Positions 39,050 to 52,458 of a stretch of DNA of 64,000 bases are shown piece by piece. The DNA is taken from the NCBI GenBank assembly GCA_964016885.1, contig OZ024749.1, forward strand, positions 51,212,001-51,276,000, in the 5' to 3' direction. Below the pieces are notes generated by a model that was not told where the DNA came from, made no database searches, and saw only the letters and a list, made by a program, of their open reading frames with translations. Position numbers and translations under genes: made by a program. Position 1 is the stretch's first letter. Every line of letters begins with the position of its first letter. The stretch is from Eledone cirrhosa. Taxonomy: Eukaryota.

Positions 39050-39718
39050 TCACCCTAGTGAATTTAACCTAGTAATATTAAAAATTTCCCCTAGCATTTA
39101 CCCAAGTAATACTACAAATGTACTCTAGTATTTACCCTAGTAATATTACAAATTTACCCTAGCATTTACCCAAGTAATACAACAAATGTACCCTACTATT
39201 TACCCAAGTAATACTACAAATGTACTCTAGTATTTACCCAAGTAATATTACAAATTTACCCTAGCATTTACCCAAGTAATACAACAAATGTACCCTACTA
39301 TTTACCCAAGTAATACAACAAATTTCCCCTACTATTTACCCAAGTAATACTACAAATGTACTCTAGTATTTACCCTAATAATATTACAAATTTACCCAAG
39401 TAATACAACAAATGTACCCTACCTTTTACCCAAGTAATACAACAAATGTACCCTACTATTTACCCAAGTAATACTACAAATGTACTCTACTATTTACCCT
39501 AGTAATATTACAAATTTACCCTAACATTTACCCAAGTAATACAACAAATGTACCCTACTATTTACCCAAGTAATACTACAAATGTACTCTAGTATTTACC
39601 CTAGTAATATTACAAATTTACCCTAGCGTTTACCCAAGTAATACAACAAATGTACCCTACTATTTACCCGAGTAATACTACAAATGAACCCTAGTATTAT
39701 TACAAATTTACTCTAGGA
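39050..39718. repeat. 34-bp minisatellite (22+12 subunits) with about 102-bp higher-order period
   Basis: ATTTACCC(A/T)AGTAATA..ACAA plus AT(G/T)TAC(C/T)CTA.. in a recurring three-variant order. Confidence 0.9.
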
Positions 39719-40354
39719 ACATTAGAAAGGATGAAAGGCAAAGTTGACCTCAGTGAAATTTGAAGTCAGTGTGCAAAGATCCAGAATACCACAAAACACT
39801 TGTATTCAATGCTTCAACACTTTTGCAAATTTGTCACCACCATTGTCTTCAGAAATGCCTTTGCTATTTTTTCCACAAGACGCAGCCAAAACACAGCTCT
39901 GACGTAAATGTAGACTGTCACCTTCTCCTTCTTTCTTTCATCCTTTCAAGTAGTTCTTGCTCTTCCCCTTCTTTTTCCTGTCACTTATGGCATTTATAGT
40001 TCTTTCCAATACTGCTTTCCTTTTCTGTATGTTTATATAACTCTATGATGAAATAAAACTTTTTAAATCAATCAACAAATTATATTATATTTAGTCTCTA
40101 TTTTCAGATTCTGTGGTTTTAAACAGATGAAGAATTAAATATATTCTTTTATATGAAGGTTTCATGGCCATCTTAAAAAGTTTATTAGCCTTTTATAACC
40201 AGTAGAGTGAAAGTATCACTTACAAAAGGAATGTGTATATGTGTATGTGTGTATATGTGTGTGTGAATGTAAGCGCATATGCATGTGTATATGAGTGGGT
40301 GATATGTGTGTGTGTGTGTGTGTGTGTGTATAAATCTGTGTGTGTATATATGCG

Positions 40355-40500
40355 CATCTAACTCGATGAACACTTCCCACACAAATAGATCCGACACGCA
40401 GCCCTATCGAGTATCCCCCTTAATCTCCTGATCTTACACTTCTTGACCTTTTTCTTTGGGGTCTACTGAAGTATTTACTTATGCTGAAAAACCCGAGAAG
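40355..40500 (+). pseudogene. Tc1/mariner transposase remnant
   Basis: Frameshifted YPPxSPDLTLLDxFLWGLLK...YAEKP, the SPDL-x-PxD-F-LWG motif of the catalytic domain. Confidence 0.6.
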
Positions 40501-40974
40501 TATTCAGCAGTTTAATCCTTTAGCATTTACATTACTCTATACTGTATATATTATTGTATTTTCATGGTAAACACTTGATCTCACATAATTATCTCAACTC
40601 CAAAGCTGAAAATCATTTGGTTTCCTAAATAGAATATTAGTCTAATGACGAGGTTTATTTACAATAGTTTATAACTTTGCCCATTAATCCGTATGGTGAG
40701 CAAATGGGGTCCCATGTGCTGGCCTCCCCAGAATTCTGAGAAAATTCTGGCTGGAGACAGCTGGTTTAAGTGCTAAAGGGTTAAAGGAAGGTTAATAAAT
40801 TCTTGTCCTGAAATTAATGTTGGCTTGTGTCAATATGTATGTTTTTCTGTTCTTGATAGAGCTTCAAAATGTATTGAGGAATGGGGGTCAGCCTTTTTAA
40901 CCCTTATTTTAATTATATTTTTAACTACTGTTGTTTCATGTATTTATATTTTCATATTGTATGATAAGAATGTT

Positions 40975-41395
40975 AAGAATCAGTGTGATAGTTTCAACAC
41001 TTTATGGTTGGCTTGGGATTTGAACAATCACTGTGGTAGTTTCATCACTGTATCCTGGCTCAAGACTTTAACAATCAGTGTAGTAGTTTTAATACTTTGT
41101 AGTCTGGCTCAAGACTTTAAAAATTAGTGTGGTAGTTTCAACATTTTATAGTCTGACTCAAGACTTTAACAATCAGTGTGATAGTTTCAACATTTTATAG
41201 TCTGGCTCAAGACTTTAACAGTCAGTGTGGTAGTTTCAATACTTTATAGTGTGGCTCAGGACTTTAGCAATCAGTGTAGTAGTTTCAAGACTGTATCCTG
41301 GCTCAAGAATTTAACAATCAGTATAGCAGTTTCAACATTCTGTAGTCTGACTCAGGACTTTAACAATCAGTGTACTAGTTTCAACACTTTATAAT
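40975..41395. repeat. 49-bp minisatellite (about 8 copies)
   Basis: TGGCTCAAGACTTTAACAATCAGTGT.. at 41056, 41105 and onward. Confidence 0.9.
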
Positions 41396-43363
41396 ATATT
41401 TAATCACAATATTTTCAAATTAATTCCACAACCCTTATATATCAAGAATTCAGATTATAATGGCAATCAAGTTATCTTGCAAACAATAGAAAAAAATGAT
41501 AGAAACAGAGTGCACAAAATATTTAAATTTAGAAAATATTTATTTCTTTATACATTTATTTAAAACAAATATGGCCTTCTTCTTCTTCCAATTATTCATG
41601 AGAGGATCATGGGGATAAGTCCTCAAATACTCCTCCTAGTGAATCCTTTCAGAAGTAACCATCTTTATCTGATCCGTCTGGCTCCCCAAGCAAGACCAGC
41701 CAAGCTCATGGATGTTATCCAACCATTTGGTTCGATGTCTAACCCTGGGTTTCCTGCCGGTTGGTTTTGCCTGAAAAAGCTGTCCAGCGATTCTTTCGTG
41801 AGACATTCTTACCACGTGCCTGTAATACTGAAGCTGTGATCTCTCAAATTAGAGAAGTAGCAGCTCTACCTGGAGCAGCTCCCTGATCTCTGAGTTACAC
41901 ACTTGATTCAGTAACCTTACTCCAAAGACCTTTCAGAGAAACCCTATTTCAGCCGCTTGTATTCAAGATCATATTCTTTCGGTCATTACCCAAGATTCAT
42001 GTCCACAGGAACGGGTTTGTATGAATATTGGATTGATGATATTGGTAACATGATCTCTGAAATGTTTAGCCTCATCCCTAACTGTGATTTCATCACAGAT
42101 TATCATCATCATTTTACGTCCGCAAGGGTGGGAAGGGTGGGACGGGAACTGATTCTGGCCTGATTTCTACAGCTGGATGCCCTTCCTAACACCAACCTCA
42201 TTTACAGTAAGTGCTGGGTGCTTTTTTTCGTGGCACCACCACGACCACTTTGCAATGGAATGATAGGGACCCCAGTCCTATCATCTCATTTCTACAGCTG
42301 AGTAAACTGGAGCAATGTGAAATAAAGTGTCTTGCTCAATGAAACAACACATCACCCGGTCTGAGAATTGAACTCATAACCTTTCGATTGCAAGGCCAAT
42401 GCTCTAACCACTAAGCCATGTGCCTCCACCTTAGGATAATTGTAACAAATATGGCCATCCAGTAAAAAATAAAAAATAAAAACCAACAAGCAAATACAAT
42501 ATAATGTTTTATTAAACGTATCAGAGGTTGAATGTAAACTATTTGCTTTATTTTTATCAATTAAATATAACTAAATTTTGTTCAGATGCTTTCATTTAAA
42601 AGAAAAATACCCACCAAAAAAATAAAAAAATCATGAAAAACAAACAATATACTTTTTTTTTAAAATCTTGTATCTTTGCAAACCATATTAATGAGTATTT
42701 GAAGAAAGAAACACCCTCATATTATCACATATTTTAGGTTAAAGAATGTTGCGTGTACTTTCATTAGACAAAAAGATCTTACTATAAATGTCTTTGAAGT
42801 AAATACATCTTTAGTTCTTTCAACATTATACTAGACATTATTTTGTGTGTAAAACGTTGAGAGTTCTTGGCAGTGATTTCAAACTTTGATCAAGACAGCA
42901 GATATTTATATCATTATTATTGTTATTATTATTAATATACACGTGAAAAGGGAGATGTTGAGAAGCCCCATTGCAATTAAATAGAAAAAAAAACAGGCCA
43001 TTAATACCAATACACACATATTGACATATCCATACCCACCTATATATATACATACATATATATATATTTATGTCTGTGTATATATATATGTGTGTGTGTG
43101 TGCATATATGTATATATATATATGTATATACATATTCATACATATATATATAAATATCCATACATATATATAAATATCCATACACATATATATATATATA
43201 TATATATACACGCATACATATATGTGTGTATATATATATATACACATACATATTTTTATATATATACACATACACACAAACATATATAAACATGTGCATA
43301 TATATATTCATATATATATATATATATGCATGTGCATATATGTATACTTATACACATATATGC

Positions 43364-43397
<34 letters not shown>

Positions 43398-43632
43398 AGA
43401 GAGAGAGGAACACATGTTTGTATGTGAGAATGTACACTTGTATTCATTTCATTCATTTATCTTTGTTTTGTTAGTGTCCACGCATGTGTGTGTAACTGTT
43501 TGTATCAAATAATAAAGAGATGGCGAATTTTGAAGAGACTTCATTTAGCATAGACTTTAGTTTGATAAAAAGAAAAGGAGAAACAAAAAAAAATGTGTAT
43601 ATATATATATATATATATAGATATATATATAT

Positions 43633-43665
<33 letters not shown>

Positions 43666-44040
43666 TATATATATATATAACAATAGTGAAAAGAGGATTG
43701 CTTCAGTTTTTTTTCTTTTCAATTCCAAGAGATGTTGAAACAGTTTTAGCACCGCTTGAAGAACTGGATAAACATCAGTAGAACAGCTTCTAATATATTA
43801 CAAAAACGAATATCTGTGGAAGAAACTACTGAAGATCGAACCACAATTCAATATTGTTGTCATTGGCTAGAAAAATATTATTAATCTTAGCAACAAAATC
43901 AATGCTGCATCACCTTAGTATACATTCTCCCCTGAATTTTTGATCTTGTTCATCTGTTACTTGAAATACCATGATATTTTTTTTTTATATTATTATTATT
44001 GTCTTAGGCTGTTATTTAGTGATAAAACAGCATCGGTAGG

Positions 44041-44298
44041 TTAAGATACTCGCATACACACTTTGCATCTGCCTATACGTCGCCGCTGTGCACCAGCCTT
44101 CAATGTTTCACTCAAAGGACGGGAGAACTGAGCTGACCGGTCAATTGTAGCCATCCAGAAAGATACAGATGTTGAATAATAATTACAGGAACCCCGACCA
44201 CCTTGACATTCAATAAATGGTTGGTTTCGGAAGTCTTCAAGACAGGAACCGGGTGATTCAAGGGGCTGCCCTGATCCTTCAATAACACCACTTGTGTA
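44041..44298 (-). CDS. COL4A: Collagen IV last exon (NC1 C-terminus, stop)
   Basis: [41 protein letters not shown]...[22 protein letters not shown]; 258 nt. Confidence 0.96.
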   Translation of the reverse strand, partial: YTSGVIEGSGQPLESPGSCLEDFRNQPFIECQGGRGSCNYYSTSVSFWMATIDRSAQFSRPLSETLKAGAQRRRIGRCKVCMRVS

Positions 44299-45264
44299 CT
44301 GAAATAAGATTAAAAATAAAAATAGAGAATTTTTGTATAACTATATTGAGTAAACTAAGATATTCAAAACAAACAGCTTTAACTCTGGCCAAAACTCGTT
44401 CTGTTACCAGTCTGGCCAAAACTGGCTCTGGTTCTATAAACTAAAACCCACCCATTTTAAAAGCATCTCTTTTATTGGCTTAGTTTTAAATAATATAAGA
44501 TGCTGAAGCCTTTATTATAATAACCAAGGTTTTTTCCAACAATATACCGTATGTGTATAGTAAAATTACAAATATAAAATTAAACAAAAATTACTCAAAA
44601 ATATATGAGATTATTTATCACTGTTTCTCACAGAACTCCTAGTGACCTCTTGCAAAACCCTAGGGTTTTGGGTAACACCAGTTGAGAAATGTTGGTGTAA
44701 ATAGTTGGTCTTCTTCCTAAAACATAGCTACTTAAAAGTAATGTACAAGAGTGAGTTGAAATGTTCATAAGCTGACTATGAAGGATTGATGCTAGAGCTG
44801 TGAAATCTTGCATGTATTAACTTCAACTCTTCTTATTAATAATTGCACCGTTTCTTTCCAGGGATTATGTTGAAAGATAAACCTCATTTGGTCATTCAAT
44901 GAGAGTAACTTGGTCAGCTTATGAACTTTTCATCTGACCTTCATAGAAATGGTACTTATTTTTCAGCTCAGTTGATGCTGTTGTTATCTGACAACAGCAA
45001 CAATCAACCCATCCATTCTTTTTCTTAAATGACAGGATGTGATTTCAGATTAATTTGGCTGCTATTTCAAGCAATCAGGTAGCTATATAGATGTTCCTTT
45101 CTTGGCTTATTCAGCTTAATTAATTAAAAATATGTTCAGGTAAATAAATACCACACATACCCTTAACACTGAAACACAACACCTGTGAGACAGTGCGAAA
45201 AATACAAAGAATTTATAAGAAATTATAATTTTAAAAATTAGATAAAAGAAACATATGTTCTTAC

Positions 45265-45351
45265 CATAATGAAACTGTATCCAATCCACATGGTTTGGAA
45301 ACCAGGAGGACAGTCAGGAATCATGATAGTTTGGCTGTGAATTGCTAGGAT
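45265..45351 (-). CDS. COL4A: Collagen IV NC1 exon
   Basis: [29 protein letters not shown]; 87 nt, phase 0/0. Confidence 0.95.
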
Positions 45352-45867
45352 CTTAAGAAAAGAAGTTTGAAAACAAAATTAGTTTTGAAACAATAAACAT
45401 AACTATACATAACTATACATTTAGTTTTAAAGTATAAAATCTAAAGTCTGTCTCGAACCCGGAGGCTCACTAGGCCAGCGCTTATCCCAGTTTCTGTGGC
45501 ATGAAGTTACTGAGAAGACAGAACTCTCCCTTGGCCAGGGGACTTTGGAACATAAGTAAAGAGTCAAATGAGCTGGAATGTTTCACAGACTTATTGTTCC
45601 AGACATACCTTGCCTCAACTTAGTTGAGGACCATATTACACATTCAGTCATGCACTGGACTATCTTATGAGATGGGAGTATCAGTTTGGGCATGCTATAT
45701 CATCATCATCATCATTTAACATGTTTTCCTTGTTAATGTCACTAATTGATCAGATGAGTCCTAACTCAACCCCCTCACATAAGCTCTTGCATGTACTCTA
45801 CACAGTGAAAAACTCCACGTAATCATGACACCAGCCCTCACTGGGGAGGTCATTATTTCCTTGACAC

Positions 45868-46062
45868 GGGCGGTGGATTGGCAGTATCGGTAGAGGGTTG
45901 GACGCCATGCTTTGACGTATAGAGTTACGGCCCTTGCCATTCTGAGTTCAAATCCCGTCGAGGTTAGCTTTGCCTTTCATCCTTACGGGGTCGATAAAAT
46001 AAAGTACCAGTAATGCACTGGGTAATTTCTGGCCTTGTGCCAAAAGTAGAAACAATTATTTC
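45868..46062 (+). mobile_element. tRNA-derived SINE with Meta-like central domain; more than 15 copies in window (e.g. 615-790, 6452-6640, 8150-8365, 14130-14320, 18230-18680, 20755-20910, 38480-38980, 56245-56550, 62320-62720)
   Basis: A box (TGGCAGTATCGG), B box (GAGTTCAAATCC), conserved TTTGCCTTTCATCCTTACGGGGTCGATAAAATAAAGTACC. Confidence 0.85.
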
Positions 46063-46322
46063 CTTGACACATTTGAAAAGTCTTCTCAATCCTTTGTTTG
46101 GCAGGTTTTCTATCGTCAAAAACTTGACAGAGTGTACCAAGTGTGTTTTCTCATGTCACCAACAAGAGGAGGAGAGGGCGGTGAGGAGGAGAGAAGGATG
46201 ATGATAATGATGATAATGATGATGATGATGATGAGGTGGAGGAGGAGGAGGAGGAGGAGGAGGTTTTTTTATGGCTGATGATGCTATTTATAAAAGACTA
46301 GGTTTATAGAAGAGTGACTTAC

Positions 46323-46528
46323 CTGTGATGTTGTTTCACAAACTGCACATCGACTGATATATGATTGGATATCGTCACCTTCAATAGGTGTCATCATTCT
46401 TGTCATAGGTTCTGGTGTTGATAACCAGTAGCTGTAGTCATTACGAGATGCAACAGTGCATCTGTTGTTTAAGTTACAAAACATGAAAGGCATTGTACTA
46501 AATCTTCTTAAGCAGCTACCGGGTTGAC
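46323..46528 (-). CDS. COL4A: Collagen IV NC1 exon
   Basis: [19 protein letters not shown]...[23 protein letters not shown]...[11 protein letters not shown]; 206 nt. Confidence 0.96.
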
Positions 46529-47262
46529 CTGAAACCACAAAATATATCAATAAGAGAACATGAAGAAGTTTGGTACTTTGACTGCAAGCATCCAGATTAT
46601 AATAGACAATAATAAAAGGGGTTGATTTTTTTTTTTTTTTTGTGGGGGTCAGGGCCGGATTTAATGGAGGGCAAAGGGAGCAATTGCCACAAGCCCCTTA
46701 ATGTGGGTGGGGGGGGGGCCACCAGCGATGGCCGTAGCAATTTATTTGTGCCCTCAGCTAGGCATTTTAGTTTTAGGATGGTTAGAAATTTTGAATTTAA
46801 TACCTGTATGTATAACTTGTCAATTCCAGTTACATGCACCAAGTTAACTTTGATATGTAAAATTGGGGGGTTGCTGCGTATTCTAATTTTTTTGTGAATG
46901 AGGTGCCTCAGGCCCTGCAAGGTCTAAATCCAACTCGGGGGGGGGGGGGGGGGGTAAATAAACAGAAAGAGAGAAGATAGATTTGGGGAGGCAATAATAA
47001 AATGTATTTTTTTAAATATAAATAAAAAGAGAGAAGATGTATTACTACACATCATCATCATAGTCATTTTTACATTCACTTTGACATGCTGGCATGGGTT
47101 GGATGGGGACTTTTTGAGGCAATGTTTTAACAGTCAGATGCTCTTCCTTTCATAAACCCATTTAGTGGCTTCTTAAAATGGAATCCTCAATTGAACTAAT
47201 TCACAGATTGTAACAAGTAGAAGAGTAAAAAAGAAAAAGGAAGCTTTCAGTTTATTACTGAC

Positions 47263-47375
47263 CTAAATCTTGTGATGCTGATCGTCCATTACCAATAAGG
47301 AAAAGAAGGGAGTATCCTTCCCAGAGTTTTGTTGATCTTGCTGGACATTCAGGGACTCCTGTACTCTGGCTATGT
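47263..47375 (-). CDS. COL4A: Collagen IV NC1 exon
   Basis: (R)HSQSTGVPECPARSTKLWEGYSLLFLIGNGRSASQDL(G); 113 nt. Confidence 0.95.
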
Positions 47376-48122
47376 CTACAAAATAATTTAAAGATCTCTA
47401 AAAATATTGAACACTTTTTATTTGTTACTCATTAAAAAAAATAATTTCCTGTGATGTTATTTTTTTTTCTTACTCCCTGCCTCCCATCAACCTTCAATAT
47501 TTGAAATTTTATTTTTGTCATTTGTTTTCCTTTTTCTTTCTTCTCCCTCCTCCCCACTTTTTTATTTTTTTTATTTTTATTTTAGTTTTTAGTTTTTTGT
47601 CTGTTTTTTTTTTTTTTAATTACTTGTCTCACTAGCTCTTTTTGATTACCAGCCGTAAGGAGTACTCGATACTTCCCCTAGTCTGTCATGGCTTACTAGC
47701 TCTACATGGACGTTTAAATTGAATGAATAAATAAATAGATAAATACTGGTTTCAGTAAGTGGATTGCGGCCATGCTAGAGCATTGCCTTAAAGGGATGTT
47801 AGTCAATCATATCAATCACAACGGTAAAGTTCATAGGCTGATTATGAAGGAGTGATGCTAGAGCTGTGAAATCTCATTAATAACTGCATTGTTTCTTTCC
47901 AGGGACTATGTTGAAAAATAAACCTCATTTAGTCGTCGATGAGAGTATCTTGGTCAGCCTATGAAATTTTCAGCTGACCCTTGAATGTTTGATGTATCTG
48001 TAAGGAGTACTTGATGCTTCCCCTAGTCTGTCATGGCTTACTAGCTCTATACGGACGTTTAAATTGAATAGATAAATACAATAGATATATTTCAATAATA
48101 TATTGATAATAAACAAACTCAC

Positions 48123-48330
48123 CTGGCAAAAAGAATTCCTAAGTCTCCATCATCGCTGCCTGGAGATCCTTGATCACCAGGGAGACCTTGACCACCTCGG
48201 AATCCAGGTAAACCAGCGCGACCATGTTCACCTCTATGTCCGTCAAGTCCTTTACCACCATCAAGACCAGGAAATCCTCTCAAACCTTCACTTCCAGGAA
48301 ATCCTGGACTGCCATCAAGACCGTCCTCAC
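48123..48330 (-). CDS. COL4A: Collagen IV helix/NC1 junction exon
   Basis: GEDGLDGSPGFPG...GSPGSDDGDLGILFAR; 208 nt. Confidence 0.94.
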
Positions 48331-48793
48331 CTAGAAAATTAAAATATTTTTTTGGTTTTCTTTTAATAATAGAATTATTAAATTTTTATCAGAAATACAG
48401 AAAAAGGTTATTCTATTATTAATTCAATATAAAGAGCAGTTTGCTCAGGTGTAAAATAGCTTATAATATAGAGTGAAGACCCTTTAGCATTTACATTACT
48501 CTGTATTTACTATTGTATTTTCATGGTAAACACTTTACCGCACATAATTATCTCACATGATATTGAATCTATGAGATTTTGGTGTTATTTATTTTGAAAA
48601 CAATACCTTAATATTAATATGAGCAGCTGGTTATGGCTGGTTTGAACAGAAATAGGTGAGAGAATTATGGCCGATTTAAATGCTAAAGGGTTAAGTGTGT
48701 GCAATAAACAAAAACATCACTGAATATATAAAGAAAAAGAAAGATATGAAAGAATTTATTGAAAAGATATAAATTATTATATTTCATTCTTAC

Positions 48794-48907
48794 CTGGGAT
48801 TCCTCTAAGACCAGATTGTCCTCTTGGTCCATCGACACCTGGATCTCCTGAAGGGCCCTTCTCAGTGAGTGGTGGAAGACCTGGTTCTCCAGGCCTACCA
48901 TGATCAC
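48794..48907 (-). CDS. COL4A: Collagen IV Gly-X-Y exon
   Basis: GDHGRPGEPGLPPLTEKGPSGDPG...GIP; 114 nt, phase 1/1. Confidence 0.92.
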
Positions 48908-49215
48908 CTTGTGTTAAAAAATACAGAAATAGCCATTGAGTTTTAAATTTTATAGTTTCGATATTTAATTACTGTATATATTCAAATAAAAGCTGAGAAA
49001 TATGTGACCAAAATCTCAATAGTATAACAGTAGGGTGGCTTATATTTGAGGGTCAATATGTTGATGATTTTCACCAACTTCAGATTCTATGCAAATAAGG
49101 TTTGGATTTTTGACCATTTCTCAAACATAAAATAGTGGGGCCAGTTTATATTTGCTGCCCACCATAAATCTACTTCACCAAGCCCCATGTACCTGCCCAC
49201 CCTAGCCCTCTGTCT

Positions 49216-49632
49216 ACACTGTAAAGTGGTCATGTAGGTGTCACAACAAAAACCTCCCAGTCCACACTGTAAAGTGTTTATGTAGGTGTCACAACAAAAC
49301 CACCCAGGCCACACTGTAAAGTGGTCATGTAGGCGTCACAACAAAAATCGCCCAGGCCACCATGTAAAGTGTTTGTATAGGTGTCACAACAAAAACCACC
49401 CAGGTCACACTGTAAAGGGGTCATGTAGGTGTCACAACAAAAACCACACAGGCCACACTGTAAAAGGGTCATGTAGGTGTCAACAAAAACCACCCAGGCC
49501 ACACTGTAAAGTGGTCATGTAGGTGTCACAACAAAAACCACACAGGCCACACTGTAAAGGGGTCATGTAGGTGTCACAACAAAAACCACCCAGGCCACAC
49601 TGTAAAGTGGTCATGTAGGTGTCACAACAAAA
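49216..49632. repeat. 48-bp minisatellite (about 9 copies) derived from a dispersed repeat
   Basis: ACACTGTAAAGTGGTCATGTAGGTGTCACAACAAAAACCACCCAGGCC; resembles the reverse complement of 63953-64000. Confidence 0.9.
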
Positions 49633-49726
49633 AGCACTGCCATTATATGTATGAAAACCATTTATTGATAAAATACTTATATTTAATGGCAAGATGCTTT
49701 AAAAAATAAGACAAGGAAACACAAAC

Positions 49727-49871
49727 CTGGTAATCCAGGTATTCCGTCCTTTCCTGAGAGACCTGACAATCCATCACGTCCTCGTTCTCCCTTTAATCCT
49801 TCAAGACCAGGGAATCCAGGATCTCCTTTTGGTCCAGAACGTCCAGGTAATCCATCAGAGCCTGGGTAGCC
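49727..49871 (-). CDS. COL4A: Collagen IV Gly-X-Y exon
   Basis: [22 protein letters not shown]...GLP; 145 nt, phase 0/1. Confidence 0.92.
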
Positions 49872-50420
49872 CTAGATGTAAAGAAGAAATAGAAAAAAAA
49901 ACTTGTTTAAACAAAACAAAACATTAAATTATTTATAATTGAATTACAATAAATTACAGCAATTCCTTTCATATTTATCATCATTGTCAGTTTTATACAG
50001 GGATGTAGTAAGTGGGTGTGCCGCCCGGGGCAACCCTTCAGTTTGCTGTCACCGAGCCCTCTAAAAAAATACATATTAATCTATATATAACTCATGAAGT
50101 TATAAAGTATATATATATGAAATATTTTAACCCTTTAGTTACCAATCCGGCCAAAACTGGCCCCGGTTCTATAAAATAAAACGACTCATTTTGAAGCTTT
50201 CCAATTTAAATTAAAACCTTCCACCATAATCTTATATAAGAACCTTACATTACGTTACTATCTTCGTAATGAAATGATTAATAATTTTAGTAAATCCCTC
50301 GAAATTCTTCCTTAATTAATTAATATAGAGAGTATTTCATTAGAAATGTGGTCATGAAAGGGTTAAATATTCAAGTTTGTAAACAAAAGCTGTGGAAACA
50401 TGAAATATGCAAATTATTAC

Positions 50421-50554
50421 ATTTATTCCATGGCCTCCAGAAATTCCAGAAAGTCCATTTTTCCCTTGTAATCCAGGAAATCCTGGATCACCAGATTCTC
50501 CTGGAAATCCAGGCAAACCAGAAGCACCATCCAGGCCAGGTAAACCATTATCAC
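50421..50554 (-). CDS. COL4A: Collagen IV Gly-X-Y exon
   Basis: GDNGLPGLDGASGLPGFPG...GGHGIN; 134 nt, phase 1/0. Confidence 0.9.
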
Positions 50555-50714
50555 CTAAAATATGTTAAAAATTCTGGTTATTATAAATAAATTTTAAGAG
50601 AAGAGAATATCAATTATACCAAATCCAGTATTTCACTGGCACTTTATCTTAGGAATCTCATGAAAGATGACGGGCAAAATTGAAATGATATTATAAAATA
50701 AGATAAATCCTTAC

Positions 50715-50885
50715 CTGGCAATCCATTACGACCGTTATCTCCTGGACCACCTTTGTAACCATGTATAGATATGCCTGGATCACCTCTCTCTCCTTTGAAA
50801 CCAATTAATCCATTTTTACCAGGGTAGCCAGGATCACCTCTTTCACCTTTCCTACCTCGACTACCAAGTTGTCCAGGGTCAGCAC
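50715..50885 (-). CDS. COL4A: Collagen IV Gly-X-Y exon
   Basis: GADPGQLGSRGRKGERGDPGYPG...GRNGLP; 171 nt. Confidence 0.92.
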
Positions 50886-51318
50886 CTATAAATAATTAGA
50901 ATTATTATTTATTTTAGTTTGGCATTGTAAATAATACAAATACAGTGGAACCCTGGTTCACCAACTTAATTCATTCCTGAAGCCCGTTCATCACCCGAAA
51001 TGTTTGTAATTTTGTTAATACATCATCATTTTAATGGCCCCTTTCCCTGTTAACAAGGGTTGGTATTATACATATATGCAAATACCATGAAACCAGGGTT
51101 CACATCACAAACTTAACTCATTCCTGAAGACCGTTTCATCACCCAAAATGTTCATGAACTGAAACTATTTTTCCAACACAAAATGTTGAGAGAAAAATAC
51201 AGTGAGAGAGACTGTGTATGAAAAGTAAACCTTTTGATAACATTGTAGGTTTTAACTTCTTATCCCAAAGATTTCATGGATACTTTTTTCAGATAAATCA
51301 ACAAATAAATTTACTTAC

Positions 51319-51357
51319 CTTTAGTAAACACTGGTCGTCCTGTTTCACCAGGCAATC
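51319..51357 (-). CDS. COL4A: Collagen IV 39-nt mini-exon
   Basis: tttcag|GA TTG CCT GGT GAA ACA GGA CGA CCA GTG TTT ACT AAA G|gtaagt (GLPGETGRPVFTK). Confidence 0.88.
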
Positions 51358-51527
51358 CTGAAAAAAATAATCAGTGGTTATTATTAATGATATATTTATT
51401 CTTTTACTTGTCTCAGTTTGTAGACAATAGTAATACTGGAGCACTGTTTCAATTTAAACATTTATATTGACCTCAGTACACAGAGCTCAAAACAAACAGC
51501 TTTGTCAGGCAGCAAGTTAACCCTTTA

Positions 51528-51731
51528 GCATTTACATTACTCTATATTTACTATTGTATTTTCACGGTAAAGGCTTTATCTCACATAATATCAAATATAC
51601 AAGATTTTGATATTATTTATTTTGAGAACAATATCTTAACATAAGTATGAGCAGCCAGTTATGGTCAGTTTAAACAGAAAGAAGTGAAAGAATTCTGGAT
51701 GTATATAGCTGGTTTAAATGCTAAAGAATTA
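51528..51731 (+). mobile_element. TTAA-flanked (piggyBac-like) MITE; relatives at about 13321-13522, 23821-24252 (two in tandem), 40512-40783, 48480-48693, 60926-61160
   Basis: Ends TTAACCCTTTAGCATTTA ... TAAATGCTAAAGRRTTAA; shared interior. Confidence 0.7.
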
Positions 51732-51734
51732 ACA

Positions 51735-51880
51735 AATATGATGGCAAACAGGAACCACTTCTTGCCATGTTGAAAAGACGGGATACTCGCCTGGTATGGT
51801 AATGTATCACAGCCACAACACCTTGTCTAAAACCATCCTTCAGGGCACAGTCAAGGGTGGGGAGAAGAATAGAGACCAGT
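51735..51880 (+). mobile_element. RTE-type LINE 3' remnant
   Basis: Frameshifted EPLLAMLKRR.LAWYGNV..HNTLSKTILQGTVKG. Confidence 0.65.
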
Positions 51881-51882
51881 GG

Positions 51883-52141
51883 TGACTGCTCCAGTACCAT
51901 ATCTAGAGTGGCACCCCAATGACTGACTGCTCCAGTACCATATCTAGAGTGGCACCCCAATGACTGACTGCTCCAGTACCATATCTAGAGTGGCACCCCA
52001 TGCACTGGCTGCTCCAGTACCATATCTAGAGTGGCACCCCAATGACTGACTGCTCCAGTACCATATCTAGAGTGGCACCCCAATGACTGACTGCTCCAGT
52101 ACCATATCTAGAGTGGCACCCCATGCACTGGCTGCTCCAGT
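51883..52141. repeat. 41-bp minisatellite (about 6 copies)
   Basis: TGACTGCTCCAGTACCATATCTAGAGTGGCACCCCAATGAC. Confidence 0.92.
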
Positions 52142-52330
52142 GGCACATCGGCACATCTATTGTGACACTCCAGCGACTGACTGGCTGCACTAGTTGACCT
52201 CAGTACTTCGTTTTTCAAGTTAGCTGCTTATTTTATCAATCCCTTTTCTGTCAAACCCCTAAATTATGGGACATTCACAGACACACTTGGTTGGCCACAG
52301 CCAAGGGTCGATTTTACTAAGCTTCCACTT

Positions 52331-52378
<48 letters not shown>

Positions 52379-52458
52379 AGAGAGAGGGAGAGAGAGAGAG
52401 GGAGAGAGAGAGAGACAGAGCGGGGGGGGGGGGTAATATGACTGAAAACTGAACTTAC

